Shown here: positions 1 through 12,561 of the stretch, piece after piece | Layout of the letters: each line of letters opens with the position of its first letter | Position numbering within the stretch: position 1 is the stretch's first letter | NCBI RefSeq assembly: GCF_964355755.1 | Contig: NC_092674.1 | Location: 5,146,001-5,210,000 of the forward strand | DNA length: 64,000 bases | Direction: 5' to 3' | From: Antedon mediterranea | Taxonomy: Eukaryota > Animalia > Echinodermata | Position numbers and translations under genes: made by a program | Notes under the pieces: generated by a model | What the model was told of the DNA's origin: nothing | Database searches by the model: none | What the model saw: the letters and a program-made list of their open reading frames with translations, nothing else

Positions 1-11
1 GCGTTACCTGA

Positions 12-151
12 AGCTCTGTCTATACTATCAAACTAGTTTAACAAAAAATGTGTGATGTGCACAAATATGGTAGTGATATGACATCATCATGTCCATATAT
101 GGGCACATCACATTTTTTTGTCACACAAAGATTGATAGTGTAGACAGAGCT
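12..151. mobile_element. Harbinger/PIF-type MITE family A (TIR AGCTCTGTCTACACTATCAAAC)
   Basis: Inverted termini agctctgtctatactatcaa...ttgatagtgtagacagagct followed by TAA. Further copies at ~740-896, 22240-22361, 23756-23932, 24424-24547, 24745-24880, 29588-29753, 40110-40238, 58730-58804 and 61791-61936. Confidence 0.8.
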
Positions 152-737
152 TAAGCTACCATTTACTCTCAAGTTAATTTCAGTGGCGGATCCAGTAAAA
201 AAAAAAAAAAAAACACTATTATTAAACCATTAAAAAAACGGAAACGGATACATTTTTTAGCTGAATTTTGACATTTACAGGAAATAAGGCCTACATAAAA
301 ATGTTTTTGGTCAAAACTATTTTGATATAAATTACCTTTTTCAATCCTATCAATGTGGCGGGATTACCGGATTAGTGTTGATAGGATGTAGGCCTATTAC
401 AAAAAGTTTTGTAGAGCTTTATATTCGTTGGTACCGACACTTGTTATTTTTTCAATTTGCCCTTTCATTCAACTTTATCCTTGCAGCGTGGGTTTGTAAA
501 TACTGTATGTAAAAAACATACTTTTCAAATACTGATGTCACAGATAACCACCGGACACTGTTCACAACCGGTTGTAAAAGTAAAAGTAAAAAAACATTTA
601 TGTACCCGAAGGGGAAAACATGCATTGATTCAGTACGGGCTTTATATTGCACTGATGAATGTTTTTAATTTAATGGGATTTGGTATTTCCCAGTGTATTG
701 CATAAACAATTTCGTCTCCGTATAGGCCTACCTTACT

Positions 738-1147
738 AAAGCTCTGTCTACACCATCAAACTAGTTTGACAAAATTGTGATGTGCCCAAATGTGGTAGTG
801 ATATACTCAAATATGGTAGTGATATGACATCATCATGTTCATATGGGCACATCACTTTTTTTTTGTCACACAAAGATTGATAGTGTAGACAGAGCTTAAG
901 ATACCATGAATTTACTCTCAAGCTAATTTCAGTGGCGGATCCAGTAAAAAACAATAATAAAAAACTTTCCACTAAAAAAACGGAAACGGATATATTTTTT
1001 AGATGAAATTTGACATTTACAGGAAATAGGGCCTACACAATATTTTTTTTTTGGTCAAAACTATTTTGATATAGATAACCTTTTGTCTATCCTATGAATG
1101 CGGGATTACCGGATTAATGTTGATAGGATGTAGGCGGCCTATTACAG
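738..1147 (+). repeat. ~400-bp direct duplication of 11-411 (MITE A plus its flank)
   Basis: Same order of MITE A, atttactctcaag, cagtggcggatccagtaaaa, ggtcaaaactattttgatata and gggattaccggatta in both copies. Confidence 0.85.
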
Positions 1148-1344
1148 ATTACAGAAAAAAAAAACAAAAGCATTGCAAAAATACTATCGCTACCTCCAAG
1201 AATTGCAGTGTATTTTTCAAAATGAGTCCATCTCCATCGTGTTGTTTATGGTCTCAAGTAGGACCCTTCCTAAACATTTTTCCGAAGACTAAACACATTA
1301 TAGTGAGTGAGTGGCAGAGCTGTGGAACCATAATTACGTACATA

Positions 1345-1540
1345 ACATCGACAAGGGTTCGAAGCTCACTCGCTCAATATTTCTGATGGTAGAACGAGTC
1401 TTCTTGGATAAGGACTATAAACCGTACACATACATCTAGCTCATGTGCACTTTAAAGAACCTAGTACATTTATCGAAACGATTAGGGGGGTCAACTTATA
1501 ACTGGGCCCTCATGGAGAACAGTCTTTAACTCATATAAAA
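1345..1540 (+). mobile_element. tRNA-headed SINE with Deu/Nin-like central domain (degenerate)
   Basis: B-box-like GGTTCGAAGC, then ggataaggactataaaccgta...gcactttaaagaacc, shared with the copy at ~41950-42200. Confidence 0.55.
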
Positions 1541-2144
1541 CAAATAAACAAACAAAAAAAACATAATGAATTAGACAACAACAGTCCACCAACAAGTTTG
1601 ATAATATAAAACAGACACCGATATTTCGATCTTCTCTTTAGTCAGGAAATGAACAACCTGAAGATAAACAAATAAAGTTCGAATATAGAATCATAATAAA
1701 TTGTCTCACTATTCAAGTTCAAAAGCATTGATTATACAACGATTATCAGAAAGTAATTGATAGAACGATAAGATCGTGTCTGACCAGGAGCTGAAAAGTA
1801 AAGACAATACGCGGTGGGCTTTTAAAATTGTCTATTTGAGAACTTCTCTGTTTATTTAGTGAGAAAACAACTCTTTTTAATTCAGTGTATTTTGAAAGTA
1901 GTTAATTATAATTGATCTATTAATAGTTCATTTCATTTGTCCAAAATGAAATTCATGTTGACATACAATTGCTCAAAATTAGTTGAAGGTTAGTAACACA
2001 GAAGAATACAATAACATTAATACAACAGAGCGACAACATTACTCAATGCATTAACTGAGTTGATTGAAAAGCCTGATTGAATGTGGAACAATAATTATAA
2101 CACTTTTAAGCCTAGCCATTCCTTGTCTAATATTTTATATTTAA

Positions 2145-2419
2145 AGATGTATTGTTCCCCCTAAAACATGAAAAATTAAGATTAATAGATTATTTTGTAG
2201 TTTTAAATTATGTTTTAACTTATAAAATGACAAAATAAATGGTTAAATTCAACCAAAAATCTATTGACTCAATTTTTTACTTTAAATTACAGTTTTTTTA
2301 GGTAAATACATTTTTTTCCGATCCAATTTTTGGTCAAAGTGGATAACTATTAGGTAATATTAAAATGGCATATTAAAAAAAAAATTGTAAGAATTATTTG
2401 TTCAGGGGAAAATACATCT
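2145..2419. mobile_element. Kolobok-type MITE family B (AGATGTATTGTCCC termini, TTAA TSD)
   Basis: ttaa|agatgtattg...aatacatct|ttaa. Relatives at ~5020-5210, 37880-38047, 45950-46200, 47814-48478, 59190-59380 and 61480-61627. Confidence 0.7.
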
Positions 2420-2554
2420 TTAAGCATATGAAATTATTACGGTATACAGTATTTATATAATAAAAATTTAACGATTACTGCAGTATTCCGCTACCTTTCC
2501 CTTCGGAGCCGTTCCTTTCACACGTTTTTACGACGGAAACCGCGCATTCCCAAG

Positions 2555-2564
2555 GGGAATTCCC
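2555..2564. promoter_or_regulatory. Palindromic NF-kB site upstream of IL-17
   Basis: GGGAATTCCC, a perfect kB consensus, about 160 bp upstream of TATAAAA (2727-2733). Confidence 0.6.
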
Positions 2565-2726
2565 TTTTCCATGCGATATCCTACTATCCTCAATATTACT
2601 ATCCCATAAATAAATCTTCTTTCGCCAAGTACTTTCATGTTGATCTTAGAATAGGTATCTGATCATACTACTGAAAGCTGCTTTGACCGCAAAATAAGAT
2701 GATTCGATTAGGATGAAATCGAACCA

Positions 2727-2855
2727 TATAAAACATGCCAACACTAACATTAATTTCATTTATACAAAATTATTTAAGTTTTACACACCCAGCCGATACC
2801 ACCTACAAATCTGATCGTCGACAGATCTCTATATCGTATAACGATAAAGCACAAT
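2727..2855 (+). promoter_or_regulatory. Putative TATA box and non-coding first exon of IL-17
   Basis: TATAAAA at 2727, donor aat|gtaagt at 2856, and acceptor tacag| directly before ATG 3464. Confidence 0.5.
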
Positions 2856-3463
2856 GTAAGTATAATGTGTATACAGTATTGTTCGTTTTAGCTTTTCTTT
2901 GCATTTTTCTTCTTCTGCCCTATGCCCATCTCTATACTTCTATATTTCTCCACAATTAATACCACGTAGTTAATAAACTTTTTACTAATATTATTTTCTA
3001 AAATAGACTCTGAAAAGTGATTTAGTAGGATGGTATTATGTGCCCTTGCCTTATAATATGCCTATATATACAAGTTCTTTTAAAAATGCAATTAAATTGT
3101 GATATAGTAAATATATTAATATTCAAACAAACATTTTGTAAGATCGATCATATTTTTAAAAATTAAAATTTGCGAATGCGTAATATCGTAACAGTTATTT
3201 ACATAGGCCTAGTGCGAATTCCAAGTTATGAGTCGGAAAAAAAATCAAACTCCCAGTTATGAAAACGGTCACTGGTGTTTTTGAAGTTCTTAAAATAATT
3301 TAAATTAGGCCTACGTGAATTATAAGTCATTTCATCATAAACAATATTTATTTCCAAAAAAGTAAACGGTAAGGATTGTGTAGGCCTAAAATACAATGCC
3401 AAATATTAACTGTACAATCAACATTATCTGGTAAAACTAACACTTTATTTATTAAAAATACAG

Positions 3464-4596
3464 ATGACAAACACAATGTTTTCCTGTTTACTATTACTTT
3501 GCTTGTCTGCGACTTCCGAAGCAGCAGCGTTCGCTACGACTGTACCTTGCACCACCAGTGGTACAACCGATAACAGTACACCAGTGCCACAGAATAACAT
3601 TACGTTCACCACGAACGGGACATATAGTCTTGTCCCACGAGACCAACTATACGAATTTGCGACCACTCTCTGCCCGGTCCCCAGACGAACAGACTACGTG
3701 AACCCGCGTACCTCACCGTGCCCTTGGAGAAACTTGGTGGATTCAGATGCAACCAGGTAGGCTATACTTCTATAGTTCAATAAAGCAATTTATAATAAAC
3801 TTATGCGCGTCTAAAGGCTCGTTCAGACTTAGTTATTTACCAGCCGATTCTCAGATGTATCTATTCGTGAAAAGGCTCGTTCAGGCTTAGTTAATGGGAC
3901 TTACGAAACAGGACGGTTGGGGGATCGGAGGACGACGGACATCCTGTGTTCGTCAGCGCGTTAAATCATATCAGTCTAAATAGCCGTTTTATTAGTTATG
4001 CACTTTCTTTACCCGGATGACGGTTGGTTACGGGCTGCTAAGTTATCTCTAACATAACAAGTGTAATAATAATAATAATAAGTGGGTGGAAAGCAGGTAA
4101 ATAAATGAACGGGCACCAAGTACAAAATAAGAGTTAAATTTCACTCTTCCAAAAAAAGCGCTTGCCCTCCAACTTACACGTTAACCGGTGTGCCAGATGC
4201 ATGCGCATACAAACGGGCTGATAATGTAAACATTTTTTATAATAATGATACACTTTCGATACGGAACATTTTAATGTATCGAAAATACAAATAAGCTTCC
4301 GCCTCGCGACTATCTACTGACGGCGCATAACGTACAAAGCGCGTTCATTTACCGACTATTATAGCCTACAGACAAAATAATGGCCACATTTACCTCTTTA
4401 CAGACAACCACAAGACATCACGTACGCCAAATGTCACTGCCAATCATGCCGTAATTACGGCTCAGACTTCACCTGCCTGCCAGTAAACCGGACCATCATG
4501 GTAATAAAGGAGATCGCAACTGGGCAATACGAAACAAGGCACATCGAGGTCCCCGTAGCTTGCACCTGCGTTAAAACTTTGATTATAAACAGCTAA
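3464..4596 (+). CDS. IL17: Interleukin-17 family cystine-knot cytokine, 161 aa, exons 3464-3756 and 4404-4596
   Basis: Signal peptide MFSCLLLLCLSATSEA. Spliced product RTSPCPWRNLVDSDATR|QPQDITYAKCHCQSC...CLPVNRTIMVIK...YETRHIEVPVACTCV carries the IL-17 motifs (PW..D..R.P..I..A.C.C..C; VPVxCTC). GT-AG intron, 486 nt in frame. Confidence 0.93.
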
Positions 4597-5215
4597 TTTA
4601 AACAAATCTAAACATAGGCCTAGTTGGATTGTTTGTTTCTAGTTCTATCCCATACACTATTTAAAACAACAAGTAGAAACAATAGCAATCACAAGAAAGT
4701 ATGAAGGTGGGATATTCCTGGTAAATTTCGCAAAGTAGGCCAACTACTCGAAACTAATTTCATAGATTATCGCTTTCGATCGCTTTATTTAGCGCTTCTT
4801 AGTACGTCTATTAGAAACTCTTTATTACGAAAGTAAAGACAAATCTATGCGAGTTAAATATGCTTATATTAATTATCAACCACATTCTTCAAATTAATTG
4901 AGAAGAACCTCTTGATCGTTGTGTTTGTCCCCGATTCTTTTCATAGTGTCCACTTAATATAAGGATGTCGTTAAGGAGGGGTATTTCCTCTCACCAATTA
5001 CTGCAAATTTGGAAGTGGGTGATGTAATTTAAAGCAAAAAATGGTCAAATTGGTTGCCAGCCAATGGGGTTTTGGTCAAATTTAACCATTTATTTTGTCA
5101 TTTTATAAGTGAAAATATTAAGTGATTAACTTTATTAACAATACAAAATAACATATTCAAAGTCTGATTTAATTAATATTCATTTTTCATGTTTTGGGGG
5201 GACAATACATAATAA

Positions 5216-5373
5216 AGCTTGGTTCCCACTAGGACGTAACGCAAGGACGTAAGCGCAACGAAAGGGAACTGACCAATGACAAGCGACAGTTCGAAAAATC
5301 CATCGCGTGTCATTGGTCGAATTACTTGCGTTGCTCTTACGTCTTTGCGTTACGTTCTAGTGGGAACCAAGCT
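5216..5373. mobile_element. Harbinger-type MITE family C (AGCTTGGTTCCCACTAG TIR)
   Basis: taa|agcttggttcccactag...ctagtgggaaccaagct|tta. Copies or fragments at 18481-18570, 53105-53170, 55077-55284, 56570-56682, 56925-57102 and 57233-57448. Confidence 0.8.
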
Positions 5374-5574
5374 TTATTTATTTAAACAATATTTAACGAG
5401 GGTGGTCCATCCAGGCAAAGCTGAACCGTAGACCCTCACAAAATAAATTGTTTGCTATAAAATACTTTTACAGATGATGTAGCCTACAATATTACAACAT
5501 ATTTATCTATTTATTATAAAATGTTAATCTTAACAATACAATAAATTGTTTCGAATAATGTGACAGCAGGTAAA

Positions 5575-5749
5575 GCCTGTTTTCGTGTCGACGTTATTCG
5601 ACGCTATCGTCGTTGATCGTTAACAGTTCAACGACGATCGTTTGAAAACGATCAAGTTGAAATGATAACGATAGCGAGTACCTTTTCCTGAGAAAATTAC
5701 CAATTATTGTTAACGATAGCATCGAGTAACGTCGACAGGAAAACAGGTT
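5575..5749. mobile_element. Small Harbinger-type MITE
   Basis: taa|agcctgttttcgtgtcgacgtta...taacgtcgacaggaaaacaggtt|taa. Absent from the paralogous block at ~18730-18750. Confidence 0.7.
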
Positions 5750-6261
5750 TAACTTGTCCTTTGATGGTTGCCTTAACAATTTAGTTTGTTTACATGAAAG
5801 GTCTTAATTTGCATTTCATATCAATCATATATGAGAATGTAATGTGTAGAGTGGTTTGTTTTTGCAAAATAAATGCTTGTGCTAAGGTATTATATAGTTT
5901 ATCGTGTATTTTTCCTAGTTTATATTTTTGCAAATTTTTAAAACCCTGAGCCACATAAAACATCTTCGGTTTGAACTTTGAAAACATAATTACTGTAGTA
6001 CACGCAGTAATAGAAAGCATTTATATCGGTTTTACTACCTTCAGCATGTGCGTTATCAATTACATATCCGAACCAAAAAATGACGTCGAATTAACAATAA
6101 AAAGTATACAATTTATACTTCTTCAAAAATTCGACAGACGCGAATACATTTAAATAGAGAGAGGAGGAATCGACTGTATTTCATATATAAATGTCCTAGG
6201 CACTGTTCATAGGAAAGAAATTAGTATTTCGTTGCCTTATTGTGTAAAAGGGGGCAGGGGA

Positions 6262-6889
6262 AGGTTGAACTTCCTAATAAATACATGTCGACATGACGAG
6301 ATAGATTATCTTGCCAAGTTCACTTCTAATAAATACATGTCGACATGACGAGATAGATTATCTTGCCAAGTTGACTTCCTAATAAATACATGTCGACATG
6401 ACGAGATAGATTATCTTGCCAAGTTCACTTCTTAATAACTACATGTCGACATGACGAGATAGATTATCTTGCCAAGTTGACTTCCTAATAAATACATGTC
6501 GACATGACGAGATAGTTTATCTTGCCAAGTTCACTTCCTAATAAATACATGTCGACATGATGAGATAGATTATCTTGCCAAGTTGACTTCCTAATAAATA
6601 CATGTCGACATGACGAGATAGATTATCTTGCCAAGTTGACTTCCTAATAAATACATGTCGACATGACGAGATAGATTATCTTGCCAAGTTCACTTCCTAA
6701 TAAATACATGTCGACATAGATTATCTTGCCAAGTTCACTTCCTAATAAATACATGTCGACATGACGAGATAGATTATCTTGCCAAGTTGACTTCCTAATA
6801 AATACATGTCGACATGACGAGATAGATTATCTTGCCAAGTTCACTTCCTAATAAATACATGTCGACATAGATTATCTTGCCACGTTGAT
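6262..6889. repeat. 53-bp minisatellite, about 12 units
   Basis: Unit aagtt(g/c)acttcctaataaatacatgtcgacatgacgagatagattatcttgcc with an internal palindrome catgtcgacatg. Two units share an 8-bp deletion. Confidence 0.95.
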
Positions 6890-6964
6890 TTTACAAAAAA
6901 TATATGTCAATTATTTCTATTCTAACTTTAAGCAAATTACATTAGCAATATAGCTTGAAATAAA

Positions 6965-7505
6965 ATGGCCAGGTGCGGCAACAAGTTCTAGTGATATTCA
7001 GTGACGTCTTGTTTTTTATGTGTTTGTATTATTATAATTTGTATTTATATATGTGCTATATTCATTTAATAACTAGCTAGCGTCTGTTAACTAAAAATGT
7101 ATTCACCTCTTGCTTATTAATAATAGATGAATTCTGAATAATTATAGGCCTAATTCGTGCATATGCTTCTTTCATTGAATTTTTAAGGCCAGGTGCGGCA
7201 AACATTTATAATGATATTCAGTAACATCTTTTATTTTAATTAATTATTTTATTTTATGTGTCTGTATTTTTATGATTTGTATTTATATATATGCAATATT
7301 AATTTAATAACTAGCTAGCATCTGTTAAATAATTATTTTGTATTTTATTTACAAGGCCAAATCCACGCAAGCGAAAGCCATAAAAATGTATTTGCCTCAT
7401 GTTTATCATTAATGAATAAAATTTCAATAATTAAAGGCCTACTTCGTGCATATGCTTCATTTATTAAATTTTAAAGGCCAGGTGCCGGCAAAAAATTATA
7501 TTGAT
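6965..7505. repeat. Degenerate ~220-290-bp tandem repeat (about 2.2 units)
   Basis: ggccaggtgcggcaa recurs at 6967, 7187 and 7476. taataactagctagc and ttcgtgcatatgcttc each occur twice. Confidence 0.75.
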
Positions 7506-8930
7506 CATACATTTCAATAATTATCGATCTATAATTTCCCCTAAGTTTAATAATTTTTGGGATTTTATTTTGCTACATGATTTTGTTTTATTTTCTTATA
7601 AGTGGGGGATAGTTCAAATTACACAGTAAAATCCCTATTGTACACAAATGTTGTAAATAGAGAGGTATTTACAAAAAAAATGAAATGAGATGAAAAAGAA
7701 AAAGAAAAGCTAACTTATAAAATTTACATCGTTCTCACTAGAAAGCGACATTATTTTCATCAAACTGAAAATTGAAATACAATGGGTTCTAGTAAAAATA
7801 ACGAAAAAAACACCTTTTAGTATTATAGCATGGACAAAAAATCCAGTCAAATTTGTAGGCATTATGTCGGCTATAATAAAAAAAAAGTGTCAATAGAAAA
7901 AAATTGAAAAACAAATTACATAATTAGACCAGGTATTGCAACTATGGAAACCTCTCTTTTTTTTTTGGTAAAATAATAATCATTAAAATCATAATAAATA
8001 AGAATAAATTTAAATAGGCCTATTGAATCCAGAATTCTTAACTCCGTGCTTCTCAACATAAGTTATTGGCTCTCGATGATCACTGTGTAGGCCTATGTGT
8101 GTGATTGTAAATAAACCAATAAATCATTGATTTACAATTTTAATTATTAAAAGATGTATGTTGAAATCCGATAATGACAACGCCCATACGTTGTAAGTTA
8201 ATCAGATAAATGTTAAAAGTAACAATAGTAACAGACAACAAAGTAAATACTGTACCACTTTTGATCTCGAAAATTCTAGGCCCTAAAACAATGTTTCCAC
8301 TCCCTTCTTTAAACATGCTTATCATTTTGATTTCTTATTTTTATCTTTATTTCGGAAAAAAATAAAATATAGTGTGAAAAAAAATACGTATATAAATCGT
8401 TTTCTGTACCAGATAAACACGAAGGTTCTTATTATAATAAGAAGTAACTAAACAACAATAAAGTGCAAACGGTCATTAAATTATCATTTTCTTATTATAT
8501 AATATGTAATATTGTAATACCCTCTTGACAATTAAATAAACAGATAACAAGGTATTGGCAATAATGATATATTCATCCCTAAAATAACAAGTGTAAACCA
8601 GCACATTTGGTAATATTGATCGATAAGAATTTACGACGTACCCGGTACCGAATCATCGATTGCAAATTAACAAATTTGTTATCGAAATGATTGGCCGGAT
8701 CACCTGAAGCATATCATACAGCACCCTTATATATAGAGCATCTCTTTCTACTTTGGTCACAATATCTGAAACATTGAGCAAGTATCCAAGTATCAAGCTT
8801 CACTGTCTTAAGAAGAAACTCAGCACTTTCTCGAATCAACAATGGCCAAACGTCGTACTCATCATCGGAATGCTCGCTCTTAGCGTCATCCTCCCGGTAA
8901 GTTTTCTTTTCTTTTTTTTTTAAACTTCTA

Positions 8931-9805
8931 GGCTAGGTAATCTATCATTATGAGTGAAACTAATTGCAAACAGATATATTTTTTAATGGTCACATATGAT
9001 GAGGAAATCAAAATTTGAGCATCACACCTCTGTAACTCATCCCGATGATATGCAAATTAGCTTAAATATTCATATTAGGGTGAATCTACAGGGTTACCAT
9101 ATCTCAAAAACTACTAGTCAAAGAGAGTTGATGTTTTCACTGATTTAGTCATAATTTATATAGGCCTATTTGTATTTGCTCTAATGAAACATTTTACAAA
9201 AAAATAACCGGAAGTACAGAATTTGACCCTCGAACCCATTTCTCAATATTGCATATATAATGAAATTAAAATGTCTGTAGAGACTTTGTTCTGCCCTCAC
9301 AAATGACTGGGATACAGGTTTCTAATAGCCAACATTGGATTGTTAATCTCAAAATCACACCTGTATCACTCACCTCGAAGGTATGCAAATTATTAGTACA
9401 ATATATAGGGGTTCCCATATATCAAAAACCTATAAGGCTAGAAAGTCTACAGACATTTTAGTCGCATTACGGTATGTATGCAAACATTAAGAAATGGGGT
9501 CGAGGGTCAAATGTTGTACTTCCGGTCATGTTTTCATAAAGTGTTTCATTAGAGCAAATATTAATATATACATTCTGAATAAATCAGTGAAAAATCAACT
9601 CTCTCTAACTAGTAGTTTTTGAGATATGATAACCCTGTAGATTCAACCTAATTTGCATATTTAAGCTAATTTGCATATCATCGGGATGAGTTACAGAGGT
9701 GTGACGCTCAAATTTTGATCTCCTCATCATATGTGACAATTTAAAAAAATCTCTGTTTGCAATTTGTTTCACTTTAAGCTGTTTTTTTAGATAGATTACC
9801 TAGCC
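8931..9805. mobile_element. Foldback/MITE with ~350-bp inverted arms and TA TSD, in ShK intron 1
   Basis: ta|ggctaggtaatctatc...gatagattacctagcc|ta. Region ~8950-9285 is the reverse complement of ~9447-9775. Confidence 0.85.
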
Positions 9806-10522
9806 TATTCAGTACTTTCATTTCTCAACATTTTCTCTACAAAATGTTATTGGAAATTTTGAATGTTTTTGGTAAAACTGCAATACAACGGAAATAAACT
9901 ATTTGTCGAAAACTCTCTAAAGTTTGATTTCACCTTTTCTACTTTACTGTAATGTCTAAATTATACTCTTACCAGTCGTTTTGGGGTAATTCTGAAATAC
10001 AAATAAATTAAACCATTCTGTCTGTATGTCGCACACTCTAAAAGTTTGATTTCACCTTTCTACTTTACTGTGAAGTAACCAGTCGTGTCTCGGTAATCTT
10101 GAAATACAACGCTATTAAACTATTCTGTCGGCTGATAAATTAAAAATAAAATAAAAAAACAAGTGAGTAATTTAAATTATTGTGAATATGTTTAAATCAA
10201 AGCGTGGAGAAATACAATGATTATTTATTTTTGTTTGCTCCCAAGATCCAATTGGCTTATTTTGTAAACTATAATAATATGTATTTATTCATTGCAGGCA
10301 AAACAAACGACCGCAGAAGCAGGTACATTTTCTTTATATAAATATCTTTAGATGTCTTGTGGATTACCACCTTTAAGGATATGTGATTGAATTCGCTTAT
10401 GGTTATCCAAATTATATATATAAACATCACAGACACAGAATAAATTCACATTGTTCATTACATGGCAGCCGTGACTGATTTTACAATAGACCTCTTGAAA
10501 TACCGACAATACATCTTTAAAT

Positions 10523-11327
10523 AAACAAGGCCAACAGCCATTAAGTCGCGTGCTACAATGCATAGTGATACCGGACCGACAGACAGACCGACAGACCGAC
10601 AGACAGACAGACCGACCGACCGACATAGTGAACTATACTGACCGAAATTACTGAACATGTTTAAAAATGTTGAAATGTTTAAAAACATTTATATTTTTTT
10701 AATTTACACGTGCGTAGCCTGTCACTTTTGACGTGCTCGTATAACGTAATTTCGAGTTGAAAAGTAAGTCAAGAAAACAGAAATCGGGCAAAAAGAGTGC
10801 GCAATAACATTTAACGCGCAGTGCGCGCGCAAAAATATGCGCACTCATGGCAATTTTGTAAACGCTTAAAATTGCCTGAAACGTACTCTTATTTCATCGA
10901 AAATAAATTTTGAAAATGTTAAGCGCGCGTACGCATGCGTTACATGCGCTACGCACGTAATTGTATTGCCATAATTATGATGATTTATGCCCTGAAATTT
11001 ATGAGTACCAAATTTTATTTAATTGTGATTCATGGTTGTGAAGATATGATTACAAACGTGATTTCGTTAAATCGTGCGTAGACCGCGTAATTTTTTATTG
11101 CGCACCGTGAAAACATAACCACATTGATTCCTGGCCATAAGGAATATACTGTGAAAAATTGACCTAGCTAGATTAAACTGATATCAAGATAAGGTCAGAA
11201 AGCGATAAAACGCATAGTGATACCTGACCGACAGACCGACAGACAGACCGACAGACAGACAGAGACCGACCGACCAACCGACCGACCGACATAGTGAACT
11301 ATAGAGTCGCTTCCACGCGACTAAAAA
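10523..11327 (-). mobile_element. Helentron-associated element (HINE/DINE-1-like)
   Basis: Subterminal IRs agtcgcgtg (10544) and cacgcgact (11314), (GTCT/GTCG)n microsatellites, short terminal hairpin ggccaacagcc, T-rich ends. A short relative lies at ~58828-58931. Confidence 0.75.
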
Positions 11328-12561
11328 CAATACCAACCAATAACATGAGATTATTATTACTTCTTGTTGTCTTAGACACAAATTGTGTTAACATATTCAG
11401 TGATGCCTAACTGCATTGAACAAAAACAAATGTGCATCTTCTCCGGATATTCTACAAACTGTAAAAAAACATGTGGCAAATGCTGTGTTGACAAATCGAG
11501 TGATTTCTACTGCACAGGCATTGAAGAAAATCAATTGTGCGACTTAACCCAATATTCTACAAAGTGTAAAAATACATGTGGCAAATGCTAACAGCTTAAA
11601 GGCAGGTAAATGTTAATGGCGTAGCCATGTTTTCTGAATGAAAGTTTTCATATAGGTTTGAAATTGCAATAAATTTGATGATAAATTAATACCGTCCATG
11701 TAGTCCGGTGGCAGGAAGGGGAATCACCACCCGAAAGGGGACAAATTGCCATCCAACTTTTCCGTAGATTACGAATATGGAAGGTAATCGATCAGGATAG
11801 GAAGCGTTTTCGAGATATAAGGGGTCAAAGTTCAAAATTGACCAATTACAACAATGTATTATGTATATGTATTATAACAAATTTAATGAATCACAATTTG
11901 GTCTTTTATTACATTTTTATGATTATAGGTGTCTATTCAATCACCTATGTCAATATTGACCAATCATAGAACGTACCTATAAAACGAAATAAAAACTAAT
12001 ATTTAACAAAAAGGGGATGTTTTCTCCTCCTGTTAATCAATCGCAAAAGAGTGAAACCAAAATTTACAAAAAATACAAACTAAAATTTAAGACAAAATGT
12101 TATGTTTTATCATTCTGACATCAATCATACACAATCAAAAGAGCACATTCATCATTACACCAGTTGACATAGGTCAAAGGTCAACATTTGAACAAGTGAT
12201 ATACTAAATAATGCACAGTTATTCAAACTATGAGATCGATCGTTATTTGATCAGTGAAGTTATGGTATTTTTTCTAGTGCGCATTATTTTAAATGTATTA
12301 TAATACTGCAAAATAAATAATAAAATTAATATTATGACTTAAAATTTTATGATGTTAACATGTTACGCTCACCTTCAATGATTTGCCACTACACAGTTGC
12401 ATTTACTAGGGCTACAATATTCATTTTTGGAAAATAAACTACTATTCATCAGAACCAGAGAATACCAATTCGTTCACAGGATAGGGCATAGGCAGATCCA
12501 GGTGGCCAAACTCAATCCACAACTCACTACACAGACCGACCACAATTTTTATATAGCCACA

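Larger units (their letters stand above)
8842..11591 (+). pseudogene. Secreted tandem ShK (ShKT)-domain peptide gene with two +1 lesions; exons 8842-8896, 10298-10322, 11376-11591
   Basis: TATA at ~8728. Signal peptide (MA)NVVLIIGMLALSVILP, mini-exon AKQTTAEA, then two C-C-C-CxxTCxxC domains (CVDKSSDFYCTGIEENQLCDLTQYSTKCKNTCGKC). Extra A after ATGGCC, and TAC>TAAC in domain 1. Confidence 0.7.

Noticed and set aside
6262-6889. CRISPR-like regular array with a palindromic core
   Set aside because: No unique spacers, units are contiguous, no cas genes, and the context is eukaryotic; it is a minisatellite.
10348-11381. ORFs with SVGRSVCL repeats
   Set aside because: Translations of the (GTCT/GTCG)n microsatellite in the HINE.
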